Origin: Opitutales bacterium
Lineage (GTDB): Bacteria; Verrucomicrobiota; Verrucomicrobiia; Opitutales; UBA953
Assembly (NCBI GenBank): GCA_040398005.1
Contig: JBBAUX010000004.1
Coordinates: 28,257 to 92,256, forward strand
DNA length: 64,000 nt
Direction of reading: 5' to 3'
The position numbers and the translations under genes were made by a program. Under the pieces are notes generated by a model. The model searched no databases. It was not told the origin of the DNA and was given only the letters and a program-made list of their open reading frames with translations. Positions within the stretch are counted from its first letter, which is position 1. The number at the start of each line of letters is the position of its first letter. Of this stretch, positions 1-10,395 are shown one piece after another.

Positions 1-608
1 AGTACGGCAATAGCGAGTTCGGGCACCATTGGCATGTAGATGGCGACGGTATCACCTTTTTTGAGACCGAGTTCTTTTAGGACATTGGCGAAGCGACTAA
101 CCTCAATGAGTAATTCTTTGTAAGTGATTCGACGTACTTCTGTCGCTGCTCCGTTCTGCGTAGGTTCACCTTCAAAAACGATTGCTACTTTATCTCCGAG
201 GCCTTTTTCAATTTGAGCATCGATGCAATTGTATGAGATATTGGTTTTGCCGTTTACGAACCATTTGAAAAAAGGCTTTTTTGATTCGTCGAGAACTTTA
301 GTCCAAGGCTCGAACCAGGTGAGCTCCTTAGCTTCATCGGCCCAGAACTTTTCAGGATTATCAATTGATTCTTTATAAAGTTTTTTATATCCATCCATGC
401 CTTTGACACGTGCTTTAGCGACAAACTCTTTGGAAGGAGGAAAAATTTGTTCGGATGCACCGAATCCTTCGGCCGCGGCATTTTGCACATCCGCCATTTC
501 TTCGCTAAGTCCGGAAGAAGACGTTTTTTTCCTAAAAATAAAATAGGCAATCGCGACGACTACTAAGATGATGAGATAATTGAGTAACTGGGGAACGGAA
601 TCGCTCAT
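1..608 (-). CDS. acs: Acetyl-CoA synthetase, 5' part (runs off the window edge), with a hydrophobic N-terminal extension
   Basis: Manual translation of the minus strand (not in the ORF track): MSDSVPQLLNYLIILVVVAIAYFIFRKK...YKKLYKESIDNPEKFWADEAKELTWFEPW...KGDTVAIYMPMVPELAIAV, typical of the Acs N-terminus. Alternative in-frame ATG at 497. Confidence 0.9.
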   Translation of the reverse strand, partial: MSDSVPQLLNYLIILVVVAIAYFIFRKKTSSSGLSEEMADVQNAAAEGFGASEQIFPPSKEFVAKARVKGMDGYKKLYKESIDNPEKFWADEAKELTWFEPWTKVLDESKKPFFKWFVNGKTNISYNCIDAQIEKGLGDKVAIVFEGEPTQNGAATEVRRITYKELLIEVSRFANVLKELGLKKGDTVAIYMPMVPELAIAV

Positions 609-627
609 GATGACTAGGGGTATAATT

Positions 628-657
628 AAACTAGCACCAAGCCTGTGCTAAGGGCAA
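628..657 (-). promoter_or_regulatory. Putative sigma70 promoter of acs with a palindrome in the spacer
   Basis: Minus strand TTGCCC-18nt-TAGTTT with a TG extension; TAGCAC-N7-GTGCTA inverted repeat at 632-650. Confidence 0.4.
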
Positions 658-711
658 TAAAAACGCGGTCACCCGACTCGTTTCCCCACCTTTAAATTTT
701 AAGTTCTATTA

Positions 712-1362
712 TTAGATTTCTTTTAACAATTCATCAAAACTGTCGACCACCCTTGCCCCCAGGCCCTCCAGGTTGTCGCGATGCTGATAGCCATGAGCAA
801 TTAAGATGCAATCCGCCCCCATCGCCTTAGCGGCATCAAGGTCATGGGCGGTATCGCCAATATAAACAACTTCATCGGGGTGGTGCTCAAGGTCATTCAG
901 GTGGGCCCGAGCTCTACTTTCTTTACTGCCTGCATAGATGTCACCACTGCCACTGATTTTAACAAAATGGTGGGCAACGTCGTGATCAGTCAGAGTCTGC
1001 TCTAAGAGCCGATGTTCGTAAGCAGAAAGGATTGAGTGGGATAAACCATGACCAGAAAGTCGGCTGAGGACTTCCATCGCTTGAGAGTGTAGCACGCACT
1101 TCGACTTTTGATTTTCGTAGGCATCCATGAAGCGTGCAGAGAGCACCTCAAAATTTCCATCGGCAATCGGAAACCCTAATTTCTCGTAGACTTTGATGGC
1201 GGGGAATTCAAAAATTTGTCGGTATCGCTCGGTCTCTAAACGAGGCCACTTTTCTGCGGATAATAATTGATTAAGCGCCTCGCAACAAAGCCAGGTATCA
1301 TCGAGCAACGTGCCATTCCAATCCCAGACGGCGTGGCGATAAGCTGTAAGTTTCTTACGCAT
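712..1362 (-). CDS. HAD-superfamily hydrolase (phosphoglycolate phosphatase-like)
   Basis: Motif I variant WDWNGTLLD and motif IV YIGDTAHD. Confidence 0.85.
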   Translation of the reverse strand: MRKKLTAYRHAVWDWNGTLLDDTWLCCEALNQLLSAEKWPRLETERYRQIFEFPAIKVYEKLGFPIADGNFEVLSARFMDAYENQKSKCVLHSQAMEVLSRLSGHGLSHSILSAYEHRLLEQTLTDHDVAHHFVKISGSGDIYAGSKESRARAHLNDLEHHPDEVVYIGDTAHDLDAAKAMGADCILIAHGYQHRDNLEGLGARVVDSFDELLKEI

Positions 1363-2095
1363 CGGTTTTCACTAATGAGAAGGCTTGGATTTTAACCCCT
1401 CGGCAAGCATGGACTAAATCAGGCGGACGTTGTGGGCAGGAAAAATGATTCCAAGCTAGCGGTGCTTCACTGTACGCGGTGCAATGCGTATCCATTAATT
1501 CATAAGGCTCGTGATGAACCTGCCCCCGTAAAAGTTGACCGTTTTTCTCCGTAAAGAAGTTGTACCGCTCCGTTAAATGAAAAGCCAGCGTACCGGGTAC
1601 CGCTTTTTGAGCAGGATTCTCAGTCTGCCAGGTGTACTGCGCAATCAGCGCACTTTCTTTTCTTTGGGCGGTGAGCTGATATTTATTATTATCAGTCTTA
1701 AAATTCATTTTAGTTGAAACATAATTTAAACTAAAAAACTTTCGGGCGATGGTGACTGCCGGCCAGCAGTCGCAATCCAATGAGAAAAAATAAACGCCGG
1801 GGACGCCTTGCTGGTCGACGACGTAGACTCGAACGTTGAGTTCGTTAAAAAACGATAACCAGGGAAGTGCGGGCAGATTAAACGGTCTGACATTATTCAT
1901 TTTGAAACCCACAATACCAATGTGCGCCTGTGATTCGAAAGTATCAACCAAGAGCCCTTTAGGTAGACGTGATTGAACTTCTTGTGGATCGCATGCCCAA
2001 TGTAAAAAAATCAAATCATCCCAACTCTGGTGCATCACTGGGCGACGATGGGGTCGATGTCTCGCTGCAATGAGTCTGTCGGTTTTTGGGTCCAC
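1355..2095 (-). CDS. YqjF/DUF2071 family protein
   Basis: MHQSWDDLIFLHW, FNELNVRVYV, GVYFFSLD, FHLTERY and VHHEPY motifs. Confidence 0.85.
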   Translation of the reverse strand: MDPKTDRLIAARHRPHRRPVMHQSWDDLIFLHWACDPQEVQSRLPKGLLVDTFESQAHIGIVGFKMNNVRPFNLPALPWLSFFNELNVRVYVVDQQGVPGVYFFSLDCDCWPAVTIARKFFSLNYVSTKMNFKTDNNKYQLTAQRKESALIAQYTWQTENPAQKAVPGTLAFHLTERYNFFTEKNGQLLRGQVHHEPYELMDTHCTAYSEAPLAWNHFSCPQRPPDLVHACRGVKIQAFSLVKTDA

Positions 2096-2198
2096 ACCTT
2101 ACCTTGAAGCACGACTTCTATGGGTCAAACGCTCACGATGATTAATCTTTGATGGTTTTCGCTTGGAGGGTCGACCTCTCCGCCTTACCCTTTGTTTG

Positions 2199-2972
2199 AT
2201 GCTATCCGAGGCCCATCAAGTAGAGCTGCTCAAGTTTGCCGAGGTTTTGGCCGACGCCGTACGTCCAGGTATTTTAAAGGCATATGCCGAAGACGACACC
2301 TCAATTGAAATCAAAGCTGACGGCACACCGGTGACACTGGCGGACCGTGAAGCTGAGGAAGTCATGCGCGCTCTGATTAAAAAAGCTTATCCGAATCACG
2401 GAATTTTAGGTGAAGAGTTCGGTCCTGAAAATGTGGACGCAGAATTTTGTTGGGTGCTCGATCCCATCGACGGCACCAAATCCTTTCTCTCCCGTGTTCC
2501 TCTTTACACGATTTTAATCGGCCTAAAATTTCAGGGGCAGCCTCTGCTCGGTTTAATTGATCAGCCCGTACTCAATGAAAGAATGATGGGCAATGGAGTT
2601 TTTACTCAACTTAACGGCCATATTGTAAGAGCCAAAGAGGTCCTCTTAAAAGACGCGGTAGTCGTGGGGTCGGATTTTGATAACATCAGAAAGCACCAAC
2701 CACGTGCACAGTGGAATTCGTTAACTAGCGCGGTCAACCATACGCGCACCTGGGGTGATGGATACGGCTACATGCTCGTCGCGAGCGGCCGTGCCCATGT
2801 GATGGCTGACCCGATTTTAAATCCTTGGGATCTTATTCCGGTGCTTCCGATTTTAAAAGGCGCAGGAGTTAAGGTCACCGATTGGCAGGGCGGTGACGCG
2901 TTGAAGAGTGGCAATGTCATTGCCGCCGCTCCGCTACTGCACGCCCAGGTTTTGGCTAAATTAAAAGGTTAG
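2199..2972 (+). CDS. hisN: Inositol monophosphatase family, probable histidinol-phosphatase
   Basis: KADGTPVTLADREAE, GEE, WVLDPIDGTKSF, GDGYGY and PWD motifs; convergent with hisD. Start moved to ATG 2199. Confidence 0.75.
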   Translation: MLSEAHQVELLKFAEVLADAVRPGILKAYAEDDTSIEIKADGTPVTLADREAEEVMRALIKKAYPNHGILGEEFGPENVDAEFCWVLDPIDGTKSFLSRVPLYTILIGLKFQGQPLLGLIDQPVLNERMMGNGVFTQLNGHIVRAKEVLLKDAVVVGSDFDNIRKHQPRAQWNSLTSAVNHTRTWGDGYGYMLVASGRAHVMADPILNPWDLIPVLPILKGAGVKVTDWQGGDALKSGNVIAAAPLLHAQVLAKLKG

Positions 2973-4264
2973 GCTAAACGGGCCTTCAGCGACTTTCCGT
3001 GCGCGTCTAAGCTTTCCATCTTAGCGAATGCCTCAACGACGGAAGCAGCTTTTTTGAGCGAAGCTTCGTCGTAACGAACGAGACTCGTGCGACGAAGGAA
3101 ATCGGGAACGCGGAGTCCGCTGAAAAATCTTCCGGTGCCACCAGTCGGTAAAGTATGGCTGGGGCCCGCAGTAAAATCGCCTAAGACGGTGGGTGTGTGG
3201 TGACCAATCAGAATGGCTCCAGCGGTGGTAATCGCTTCGGAAAGTTTATTAATTTTTCCCGCAGCGACCATGAGTTCAAGGTGTTCGGGGGCGACGAGAT
3301 TGGCGACGCGGGCAGACTCTTCGATTTTTGACACTAAGACAACACAGGTCATGAGGTCGAGGGCCTTGCGTATTTTTTCACCATGCTGGAGGGTGCTTGA
3401 TTGCGTGCGTGCTTCAGAGAGGCAACGTTGAGCGAGTTCTTCGTGGTCGCAGACTAAATAAAGTTTTTCTTTTCCGCTACCGTGTTCGGCTTGAGCGCAT
3501 AGATCAGCCCCAACCCATGCGGGCTTAGCGGTGCGATCTGCGATGATCATAACCTCGCTGGGACCAGGTAAGAGATCGATTCCCACGCGTCCAAAAAGTT
3601 GGCGTTTGGCTTCGGTGACATAGGCATTTCCTGGTCCGAAGATTTTATCAACTGGCTTCACGGCGTCGGTACCGAGAGCCATGGCGGCGATGGCTTGAGC
3701 TCCGCCGATGGCGAAAACTTCTTTTACACCGCAAAGATAGAGTGCTGCCAGGATATCGGAATTTATTTTACCGTCAGCGCTGGGTGGAGTGCAGGCACAG
3801 ATTTCAGGGACGCCTGCTACTTTAGCAGGGATGGCCGTCATCAGAACCGTGGAAACGAGAGGTACTTGGCCGCCTGGAATGTACAGACCACAGCGATGAA
3901 TCGCGTGATATCTTTCCCCGACGGTGGCTCCGTGAGGATTTTTTGCCTTCCAGTTTTTCGGGAGCGTACGCTTATGGAAATCTTCGATACACTTAGCGGC
4001 CTCCGTGATACTTTTCTTTTTCTCGGGGCTCAGCGAGTTGAACGCCTTTTTTAAATGTTCTTCGGGGATGCGGATTTGACGGATATTTAATTTAGCGTGG
4101 TCGAGTCGCGCTGTGTGATACAGTACGGCGATGTCCCCACGAGCCCTGACGTCATCAATGATTGCGGTGACGGTTTTGGAAACATCAGCCGAGGCTTCGC
4201 CGGTACCGACAAAAGCACGCAGCTTTTTTTCAAAGTCTTTTTCGTTAGCCCGGAGAAATGCCAT
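2969..4264 (-). CDS. hisD: Histidinol dehydrogenase
   Basis: GLYIPGG, GGAQAIAAMA, GPGNAYVTEAK, PGPSE, QAEHG, APEHL and GPSHTLPTGG motifs. Confidence 0.97.
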   Translation of the reverse strand: MAFLRANEKDFEKKLRAFVGTGEASADVSKTVTAIIDDVRARGDIAVLYHTARLDHAKLNIRQIRIPEEHLKKAFNSLSPEKKKSITEAAKCIEDFHKRTLPKNWKAKNPHGATVGERYHAIHRCGLYIPGGQVPLVSTVLMTAIPAKVAGVPEICACTPPSADGKINSDILAALYLCGVKEVFAIGGAQAIAAMALGTDAVKPVDKIFGPGNAYVTEAKRQLFGRVGIDLLPGPSEVMIIADRTAKPAWVGADLCAQAEHGSGKEKLYLVCDHEELAQRCLSEARTQSSTLQHGEKIRKALDLMTCVVLVSKIEESARVANLVAPEHLELMVAAGKINKLSEAITTAGAILIGHHTPTVLGDFTAGPSHTLPTGGTGRFFSGLRVPDFLRRTSLVRYDEASLKKAASVVEAFAKMESLDAHGKSLKARLA

Positions 4265-4267
4265 TAT

Positions 4268-5017
4268 TTATTTGATAGGGAAGGCGAAGGAACTCTCACC
4301 GACCTCGGGATTTACTATGGTTTTTTCGTAAATGGCTTCAGATACTTTTTTACCATTCATTAAAATAGTTTCACGTTTCACGAAGCAGACCCCTTCGATC
4401 CACTCGGTTTCTTCGACTTGTTGGCGGTAGGTTTCTCCTTTGGCACTTTTTTGATCGTAGGCTACTAATTCGAAGCTGTTCACGCCGAAGTGACGAATGA
4501 TTTTGAAACCAGAATCAAATTTATATTCCACGGAATAAACTTTTTTGCCATTGATCTCGTCTGTCCCTAGGTAACTCACCGAACCCGTGCCTTCGGCCGG
4601 TGCACGGTAAAAAGCTAAATCGTTAATCGTCATGTCGCGCAGGATGGCGACTTGATCGTAGGGAATAATGAGGTTTTGAGCTCTCTTTTGCCCGCCAATT
4701 TCACGCGTGGATTTCCATGCTTCGAGACCATTGCAGGCGGTGATAACCTCTATGGTATAGTTTTCGTTGTAGGAAAGCTCGCGACGAGATTTAGGACCGA
4801 CCAATTGCATCATGGTGAAACTTACTGGTTTATTTTCCGGACTAACGAATTTGATTTCAAAATGTAAGCCTTGGACGCGTTCCAGGAACTTAGGTTCTTT
4901 GGCCGCTGCACTCCGGGCCTTTTCGATGATTTGCGCGGCGGTTAAATTAGCAGCGTGAGCACCGAAAATCGAAGCGGTAAAAATTAGAAAGGCAAAGAGG
5001 TGACGTACGGTAGTCAT
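4268..5017 (-). CDS. Secreted hypothetical protein (possibly LolA-like beta-sheet / lipoprotein-sorting fold)
   Basis: Signal peptide ending AHA-A, then TAAQIIEKA, a beta-rich body and C-terminal VNPEVGESSFAFP; 3 nt upstream of hisD. Confidence 0.55.
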   Translation of the reverse strand: MTTVRHLFAFLIFTASIFGAHAANLTAAQIIEKARSAAAKEPKFLERVQGLHFEIKFVSPENKPVSFTMMQLVGPKSRRELSYNENYTIEVITACNGLEAWKSTREIGGQKRAQNLIIPYDQVAILRDMTINDLAFYRAPAEGTGSVSYLGTDEINGKKVYSVEYKFDSGFKIIRHFGVNSFELVAYDQKSAKGETYRQQVEETEWIEGVCFVKRETILMNGKKVSEAIYEKTIVNPEVGESSFAFPIK

Positions 5018-5102
5018 AGGGCTCAAAGCCTGTTAAATCGCACCAATATGGCAAGCACAGGAATGTGACAACTCCGCCCTATTAACCACTATTTGTTGGG
5101 TT

Positions 5103-5831
5103 TTAAGCGCGACTCGCTTTTAATAATTCGGGCACATTCGTGCGGCCTTCGTAAAGTGCTTTGCCGACAATGACTCCCACTAAATGAGGGTAGGATTTAG
5201 AAAGTTGTGCGAGTTTAGCAACGTCCGCCGCGCTGGCTACGCCGCCCGATGCAATCACGCCACAAGTGCAGCGTTTAAGTAAGGCCTCGAGTGATTTCCA
5301 ATTCGGACCCGTGAGCATACCGTCGGTTGCGATGTCGGTATAGATGACGGTTGAAATTCCCAACTGACTAACGGTCACCGCAAAATCGGTGGCATTTAAT
5401 TGGGTGACGTCCGTCCAGCCTTTAACCGCCACGAGTCCATCTTTGGCATCAATCCCAATCGCTAATTTTTTACCATGTGATTTGGCAATCTCTTGCAGAA
5501 ATTGAGAATCGGTCGCCGCTCGAGTTCCAATGACAACGCGCGACGCTCCAGCCGCGAGTGCGGCATCCACTAACTTAGCATCGCGCATGCCTCCTCCAAA
5601 CTGAACTTTCGGGCCGAGTGAGGAAATTTTTTGTAAAATATTTAAATTACGAGGAGCTCCGCCAAAGGCGCCATCGAGGTCGACCACGTGAATCCACTCC
5701 GCCCCCGCTCGAGTAAATTGTTCTGCGGGCTCAACGGGATTTTCGTAGTAAGATGTTTGAGCATCGTCGCGACCTTGGTTGAGTCGAACGCATCGACCGT
5801 TACGAATATCAATAGCAGGATAAACAATCAT
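5103..5831 (-). CDS. hisA: ProFAR isomerase HisA
   Basis: PAIDIRNGRCVRLNQG, HVVDLDGA, QFGGGMR, YTDIATDGML and IASGGV motifs. Confidence 0.96.
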   Translation of the reverse strand: MIVYPAIDIRNGRCVRLNQGRDDAQTSYYENPVEPAEQFTRAGAEWIHVVDLDGAFGGAPRNLNILQKISSLGPKVQFGGGMRDAKLVDAALAAGASRVVIGTRAATDSQFLQEIAKSHGKKLAIGIDAKDGLVAVKGWTDVTQLNATDFAVTVSQLGISTVIYTDIATDGMLTGPNWKSLEALLKRCTCGVIASGGVASAADVAKLAQLSKSYPHLVGVIVGKALYEGRTNVPELLKASRA

Positions 5832-7151
5832 TTAAGCACTCTTTTTATTGGCTTTCGTGGGTGGGGTGACCGCAATGGGTTTGGTTCCACGCACCGCTTC
5901 GGGTGTGACGATAAATTTGGATCCAGCCACGGCTTCAGGTAAGTGATACATCGTTTCGAGCAGTATTCCTTCGAGCACGGAACGTAAGCCGCGTGCACCG
6001 GTGCCAAGTTCTAAAGCTCGATCCGCTAAAGCCTCTAAAGCAGCGGGGGTAAACTCGAGATGGACGCCCGACATCGCAAATAATTTTTGATACTGTTTCG
6101 TCGCCGCATTTTTGGGCTCAGTTAAAATTCTTACTAAAGCATCTCGGCTTAATGGTTCTAAAACAGAAATCACCGGCAAACGACCGACGAACTCAGGAAT
6201 CATACCGAAAGAGAAAAGGTCTTCAGGTTGTAATCCTGCAAGCACTTCTTCGGCAGAAAGTTTTGGGGGAATATTTCCGCCATGAATAAATCCTAATGAT
6301 TTAGTTCCGGCTCGTTTGGCAATGAGGCGATCGAGGCCCACAAACGCGCCCCCTGCGATAAATAAAATATCACTGGTATCGACGCGGATGCATTGTTGCT
6401 CGGGATGTTTTCTACCGCCTGCAGGGGGAACGTTACAAATCGTACCCTCTAATAATTTTAAAAGCGCTTGTTGGACCCCTTCGCCTGAGACATCGCGGGT
6501 GATGGATGCCGAATCGGATTTGCGTCCGATTTTGTCGATTTCATCAATGAACACGATGCCGCGCTGTGCCTTCTCAACATCCATATCCGCCGATTGTAGA
6601 AGGCGTAAAACGACGGTTTCAACATCGTCGCCAACATAACCTGCCTCGGTGAGTGTGGTGGCATCCGCAATGGCAAACGGAACGTCGAGCATCTTAGCCA
6701 AAGTTTTAGCTAACAAAGTTTTTCCAGTACCTGTTGGACCAATTAAAAGGATATTACTCTTATCTAATTCAACTTCGCTGAGTTCACCCTTTTTATCTCC
6801 GCGGGCTTGGGCGAGGCGATCGTTGAGTCGCTTGTAGTGATTATTGACCGCAACAGACAGAACTTTTTTGGCGTGGTCTTGTCCGATAACGTGAGCATCC
6901 AGCTCGGCTCTTAATTCTGAAGGCGTAATTAATTTTACTGGAGCTAGAGGAGTTTTTGGCGCAGTGCCCTGTAGAGATGGTCCCGTGGCTGAACCTTTTC
7001 CGTCGCGCGTTTTTTCGCGCTCAATTAAATGACCACAAGTGGTGACACACTTATCGCAAATACCTACGCCGTGAGGTCCAGCAATCAGTTTGCCGACTTG
7101 GCTAGCTGGCTTGCCGCAGAATGAACAGGTGTCTGCTTGAGAACCTGACAT
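5832..7151 (-). CDS. clpX: ATP-dependent Clp protease ATP-binding subunit
   Basis: CSFC...CDKC zinc domain, Walker [29 protein letters not shown] and GGRKHP. Confidence 0.98.
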   Translation of the reverse strand: MSGSQADTCSFCGKPASQVGKLIAGPHGVGICDKCVTTCGHLIEREKTRDGKGSATGPSLQGTAPKTPLAPVKLITPSELRAELDAHVIGQDHAKKVLSVAVNNHYKRLNDRLAQARGDKKGELSEVELDKSNILLIGPTGTGKTLLAKTLAKMLDVPFAIADATTLTEAGYVGDDVETVVLRLLQSADMDVEKAQRGIVFIDEIDKIGRKSDSASITRDVSGEGVQQALLKLLEGTICNVPPAGGRKHPEQQCIRVDTSDILFIAGGAFVGLDRLIAKRAGTKSLGFIHGGNIPPKLSAEEVLAGLQPEDLFSFGMIPEFVGRLPVISVLEPLSRDALVRILTEPKNAATKQYQKLFAMSGVHLEFTPAALEALADRALELGTGARGLRSVLEGILLETMYHLPEAVAGSKFIVTPEAVRGTKPIAVTPPTKANKKSA

Positions 7152-7156
7152 CGTGA

Positions 7157-7753
7157 TTAGACCTTATTTTGCTTAGGTAAAACGACGTGATCGACCAATC
7201 CGTACGCTTTAGCTTGTTCGGCGGTCATGTAGTAATCTCGGTCGGAGTCGCGCTGTAATTCTTCAGGAGTTCTTCCGCTGTGTTTAGCGAGCACATGATT
7301 TAAAGTGTCGCGCCAGCGAAGAATTTCTTTGGCTGCAATCGAGATATCGGAAGTCTGTCCCGTCGCACCACCGCTTGGTTGGTGAATCATGACGCGGCAA
7401 TTAGGTAGGGCATGACGTTTTCCCTTGGTGCCAGCGGTGAGTAGTACGGTGGCCATGCTGGCGGAAAGTCCGATGCAATAGGTGTTAATTTCGCAGCTCA
7501 AGAAATTCATAGTGTCGTAGATGGCCATGCCGGCGGTGATGGAGCCACCGGGAGAATTAATATAAATGGAAATATCTTTTTTAGGATCTTCCATTTGTAA
7601 GAATAATAATTGAGCGATGACGGCATTGGCGACGTCATCATAAATAGGAGCCCCGAGGAAAATGATGCGGTCCTTGAGGAGGCGACTGTAAATATCCCAC
7701 GCTCTTTCACCGCGTGCATCTCGTTCAACAACGTTTGGAATAATGTAGGACAT
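7157..7753 (-). CDS. clpP: Clp protease proteolytic subunit
   Basis: [31 protein letters not shown] and DRDYYM. Start moved to the ATG at 7753. Confidence 0.97.
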   Translation of the reverse strand: MSYIIPNVVERDARGERAWDIYSRLLKDRIIFLGAPIYDDVANAVIAQLLFLQMEDPKKDISIYINSPGGSITAGMAIYDTMNFLSCEINTYCIGLSASMATVLLTAGTKGKRHALPNCRVMIHQPSGGATGQTSDISIAAKEILRWRDTLNHVLAKHSGRTPEELQRDSDRDYYMTAEQAKAYGLVDHVVLPKQNKV

Positions 7754-7781
7754 AGGAGTAAGTGTGATAGTAACCCTAGAC

Positions 7782-9089
7782 TTAGGATTTCTCAACTAAT
7801 TCAGTCTTTTCTTCGCCTAAAATGAGATCCAAGGCCTTATTGAGCATCGCATCACGACGGATGATGGCGAGGCGCTTGCGGTCTTTAACGAGTTTTTCAG
7901 GAGGGGTTTTCTCCGCGTAAGCGATGTTGATGATTGCTTGGCTGAATTCCTCTTGGCTGAGGTCGATTTTTTCTTCTTCCGCAATGCGGGAGAGGACGAC
8001 TTGAGCGCGGACGCGGACTTCCGCGGCCTTGCGTGCTTCTTCAATGATTTCATCGCGCTTGGTTTCGAGTTCGCCGGGTTGCATACCCGAACGCATTCTC
8101 ATTTGCGCATACTGGATAAATAAGTCTCTCGCTACGGAATCGACTGCGGACTTTGGCAAAGGAAGTTCTAAGCCAGCTACTAAAGTTTCGACGGCTTTTT
8201 CACGGCGAGCGGTTTCCGCCTGTTGTGTTTTTGTTCCCTCGATACCTTTTGTTAATTCAGAACGCAGTTCGGCTTCGTCTTTTACTCCTATGGATTTGAA
8301 GAACTCTTCATTTAATGAAGGGAGTTGTTTGGTGCGAATTTCTGAAACGGTGATGCTGTAAATAATTTTCTTACCACGGAGAGCTTCACGAGCGTGATCG
8401 GCAGGTACGGTCCAGTCGGCCTTCGCAGTGTCGTTAGCTTTGTGACCAACAATCGCCTTTGAAATCGAAGGAATGGAGACGATTTCGTTATCCGCTCCGG
8501 CTTCTTCCCAGGTGGATTCTGCTCCGGCGATGGTACCCGCTTCGGCGTCTAATTCTTTAACATCTTTGCCGTCGATGGTGCCCGTGTAGCTTAGGCGAAC
8601 ATAGTCACCTTTCGTTGCAGCGGCTTCAGTTTTTTCGAAACGAGCGCGTTGTTGTAAGATTTTTTGGATACCCTCATCGATGTCTGCATCGGTGACTTTG
8701 ACTTCTTCTTTGGCGACCTTGATTTTTTTCCAATCAGGGGTTTTGAATTCAGGAAGTACGTCGACTTCGTATTCGATGATAAAATCTTTACCCTTGGCGA
8801 TTTCGCCTTTTTTGACGTCGGCTAAAGTGTAAACGGTGAAAGATTTTTCTTCGCGGATGCGTTCGTAGCCTTTGGAGACCAGTTGTTGATTCACTTCTTC
8901 ATCGATATTTTTGCCGTATTTTTGACGGACGACGGCTTCGGGCGCTTTGCCTGGGCGGAAGCCAGGAAGGGCAGCTTCGCGGACGAAACCTTTGATCACT
9001 TCTTTTTCGGTAGAGGCGACGTCGGCGGCAGGAATAGTCACGGTGACATTGCGGCGCGTTGGGTTGGTAGTTTGGATTTTAATGTCCAT
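7782..9089 (-). CDS. tig: Trigger factor
   Basis: PGFRPGKAP ribosome-binding signature; tig-clpP-clpX order. Confidence 0.95.
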   Translation of the reverse strand: MDIKIQTTNPTRRNVTVTIPAADVASTEKEVIKGFVREAALPGFRPGKAPEAVVRQKYGKNIDEEVNQQLVSKGYERIREEKSFTVYTLADVKKGEIAKGKDFIIEYEVDVLPEFKTPDWKKIKVAKEEVKVTDADIDEGIQKILQQRARFEKTEAAATKGDYVRLSYTGTIDGKDVKELDAEAGTIAGAESTWEEAGADNEIVSIPSISKAIVGHKANDTAKADWTVPADHAREALRGKKIIYSITVSEIRTKQLPSLNEEFFKSIGVKDEAELRSELTKGIEGTKTQQAETARREKAVETLVAGLELPLPKSAVDSVARDLFIQYAQMRMRSGMQPGELETKRDEIIEEARKAAEVRVRAQVVLSRIAEEEKIDLSQEEFSQAIINIAYAEKTPPEKLVKDRKRLAIIRRDAMLNKALDLILGEEKTELVEKS

Positions 9090-9204
9090 AGATAGATGAT
9101 GGGTAGAGAGATAGAATGTCCGCGAGCTGGTGTTAGACCGAGGGAAGGGTAGAGCAAACGAAACAATTCCCCACGGTCAACAGCGTAGGAAGGCTCTTTT
9201 TCGC

Positions 9205-9696
9205 TTATTTTAAGCGTTTTTTGAGTCTAGGGAGCACGCACGGAGGGACGAAGGCGGCGGCTTGCGACAATTTATGCCGTGCGATGTCTTTAACGAAGGA
9301 CGATGACGTGATGAACTGATCTTGGCTGGGCATTAAAATGACCGTCTCGATTTTGGGTGCCATGAGGCGGTTGGCGTGGGCTAGGTCGAACTCAAATTCA
9401 AAATCGCTGAATTTACGAAGTCCGCGTATAATCGCAATGGCTCCATGTTTTTGGGCGAATTCGACGGTAAGGCCATCCAGCACGGCCACCTTTATTTTAC
9501 TCATCGATTTCGTCGCTTCGCGTGCCATTTCCAATCGTTCTTCTAAGGAAAACCAAGGGTTTTTGGAGTCGCTCGGGGCAACGGCTAAGATGACGCGATC
9601 GAACAATCTGGAGCCACGTTTCAGAACATCGAGGTGTCCGAGCGTGATGGGGTCAAAGGTGCCGGGGTATACGGCGATTTGAAGTTTGCTGGCCAT
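9205..9696 (-). CDS. coaD: Phosphopantetheine adenylyltransferase
   Basis: YPGTFDPITLGHLD, IIRGLR..SDFEFE and TSSSFVK. Start moved to ATG 9696. Confidence 0.96.
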   Translation of the reverse strand: MASKLQIAVYPGTFDPITLGHLDVLKRGSRLFDRVILAVAPSDSKNPWFSLEERLEMAREATKSMSKIKVAVLDGLTVEFAQKHGAIAIIRGLRKFSDFEFEFDLAHANRLMAPKIETVILMPSQDQFITSSSFVKDIARHKLSQAAAFVPPCVLPRLKKRLK

Positions 9697-9750
9697 TGTT
9701 TTCCTGTTGCGGGTTACTTTCAACTGAGAACATTATCACTGCAAGCCTGC

Positions 9751-10395
9751 ATGCAGTTTCTTCGCCAAATCCCCAATATTTTGACCGCGGCACGGCTACC
9801 GGCCGTGTTTTTAATAGCTATATGGACGTATTGGGCAGGAGTCTGGGCCAGCGCTGCCTTAGCCCTCTTCATTGTCGCTGCCCTGACGGACATCTTTGAT
9901 GGCTGGGTTGCCCGAAAATTGGGCGCAGTTTCCGACTTTGGTCGATTGATGGATGCCCTCGTGGACAAGATTTTCATCATTGGCTTATTAGTAGCCATGG
10001 CGGCGACGGATTGTTTGCCCGTCAAACAGTGGGACGATCAAGGGGTCGAAAAAATTCCAAGCCAATCGAGTGCCCTGATTGCCGCCTTTGGCGTCATCTT
10101 AATTTTAATGCGCGAGTTCTTGATTACGGGCCTGCGTTTGGTGGCGGCCGCACGTGGGCAAGTTTTGGAAGCGGAGCGGTTAGGGAAAATTAAAACCTTT
10201 CTGCAGATCATTGCGATTGGGCATTTGATTGGACTCCGTGCGTATGAGACGCACTGGAAATTATCGGCACTGTGGCATCAGCGCTGGGAAGTCATTATCA
10301 TGAGCCTGTTTTGGCTCTCGGTTGCCCTCACTGTTATTTCTGGGGCGAGTTATTTAATTCGGTACCGCCGGCATTTACCCGGCCTGTCTGAATGA
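9751..10395 (+). CDS. pgsA: CDP-diacylglycerol-glycerol-3-phosphate 3-phosphatidyltransferase
   Basis: PNILTAAR, TDIFDGWVARK...GRLMDALVDK, REFLITGLR and GKIKT. Start moved to ATG 9751. Confidence 0.9.
   Translation: MQFLRQIPNILTAARLPAVFLIAIWTYWAGVWASAALALFIVAALTDIFDGWVARKLGAVSDFGRLMDALVDKIFIIGLLVAMAATDCLPVKQWDDQGVEKIPSQSSALIAAFGVILILMREFLITGLRLVAAARGQVLEAERLGKIKTFLQIIAIGHLIGLRAYETHWKLSALWHQRWEVIIMSLFWLSVALTVISGASYLIRYRRHLPGLSE

Noticed and set aside
254..550. 98-aa ORF in the track
   Set aside because: Out-of-frame overlap with acs, which occupies another frame of the same strand.
631..651. CIRCE/HrcA operator
   Set aside because: The inner bases and spacing do not match TTAGCACTC-N9-GAGTGCTAA; kept only as a generic palindrome.
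9634..9750. Long N-terminal extensions given by the ORF track for pgsA (also coaD, clpP, rplS, nuoA and hisN)
   Set aside because: They overlap neighbouring genes or promoter-like elements; downstream ATGs match family N-termini.
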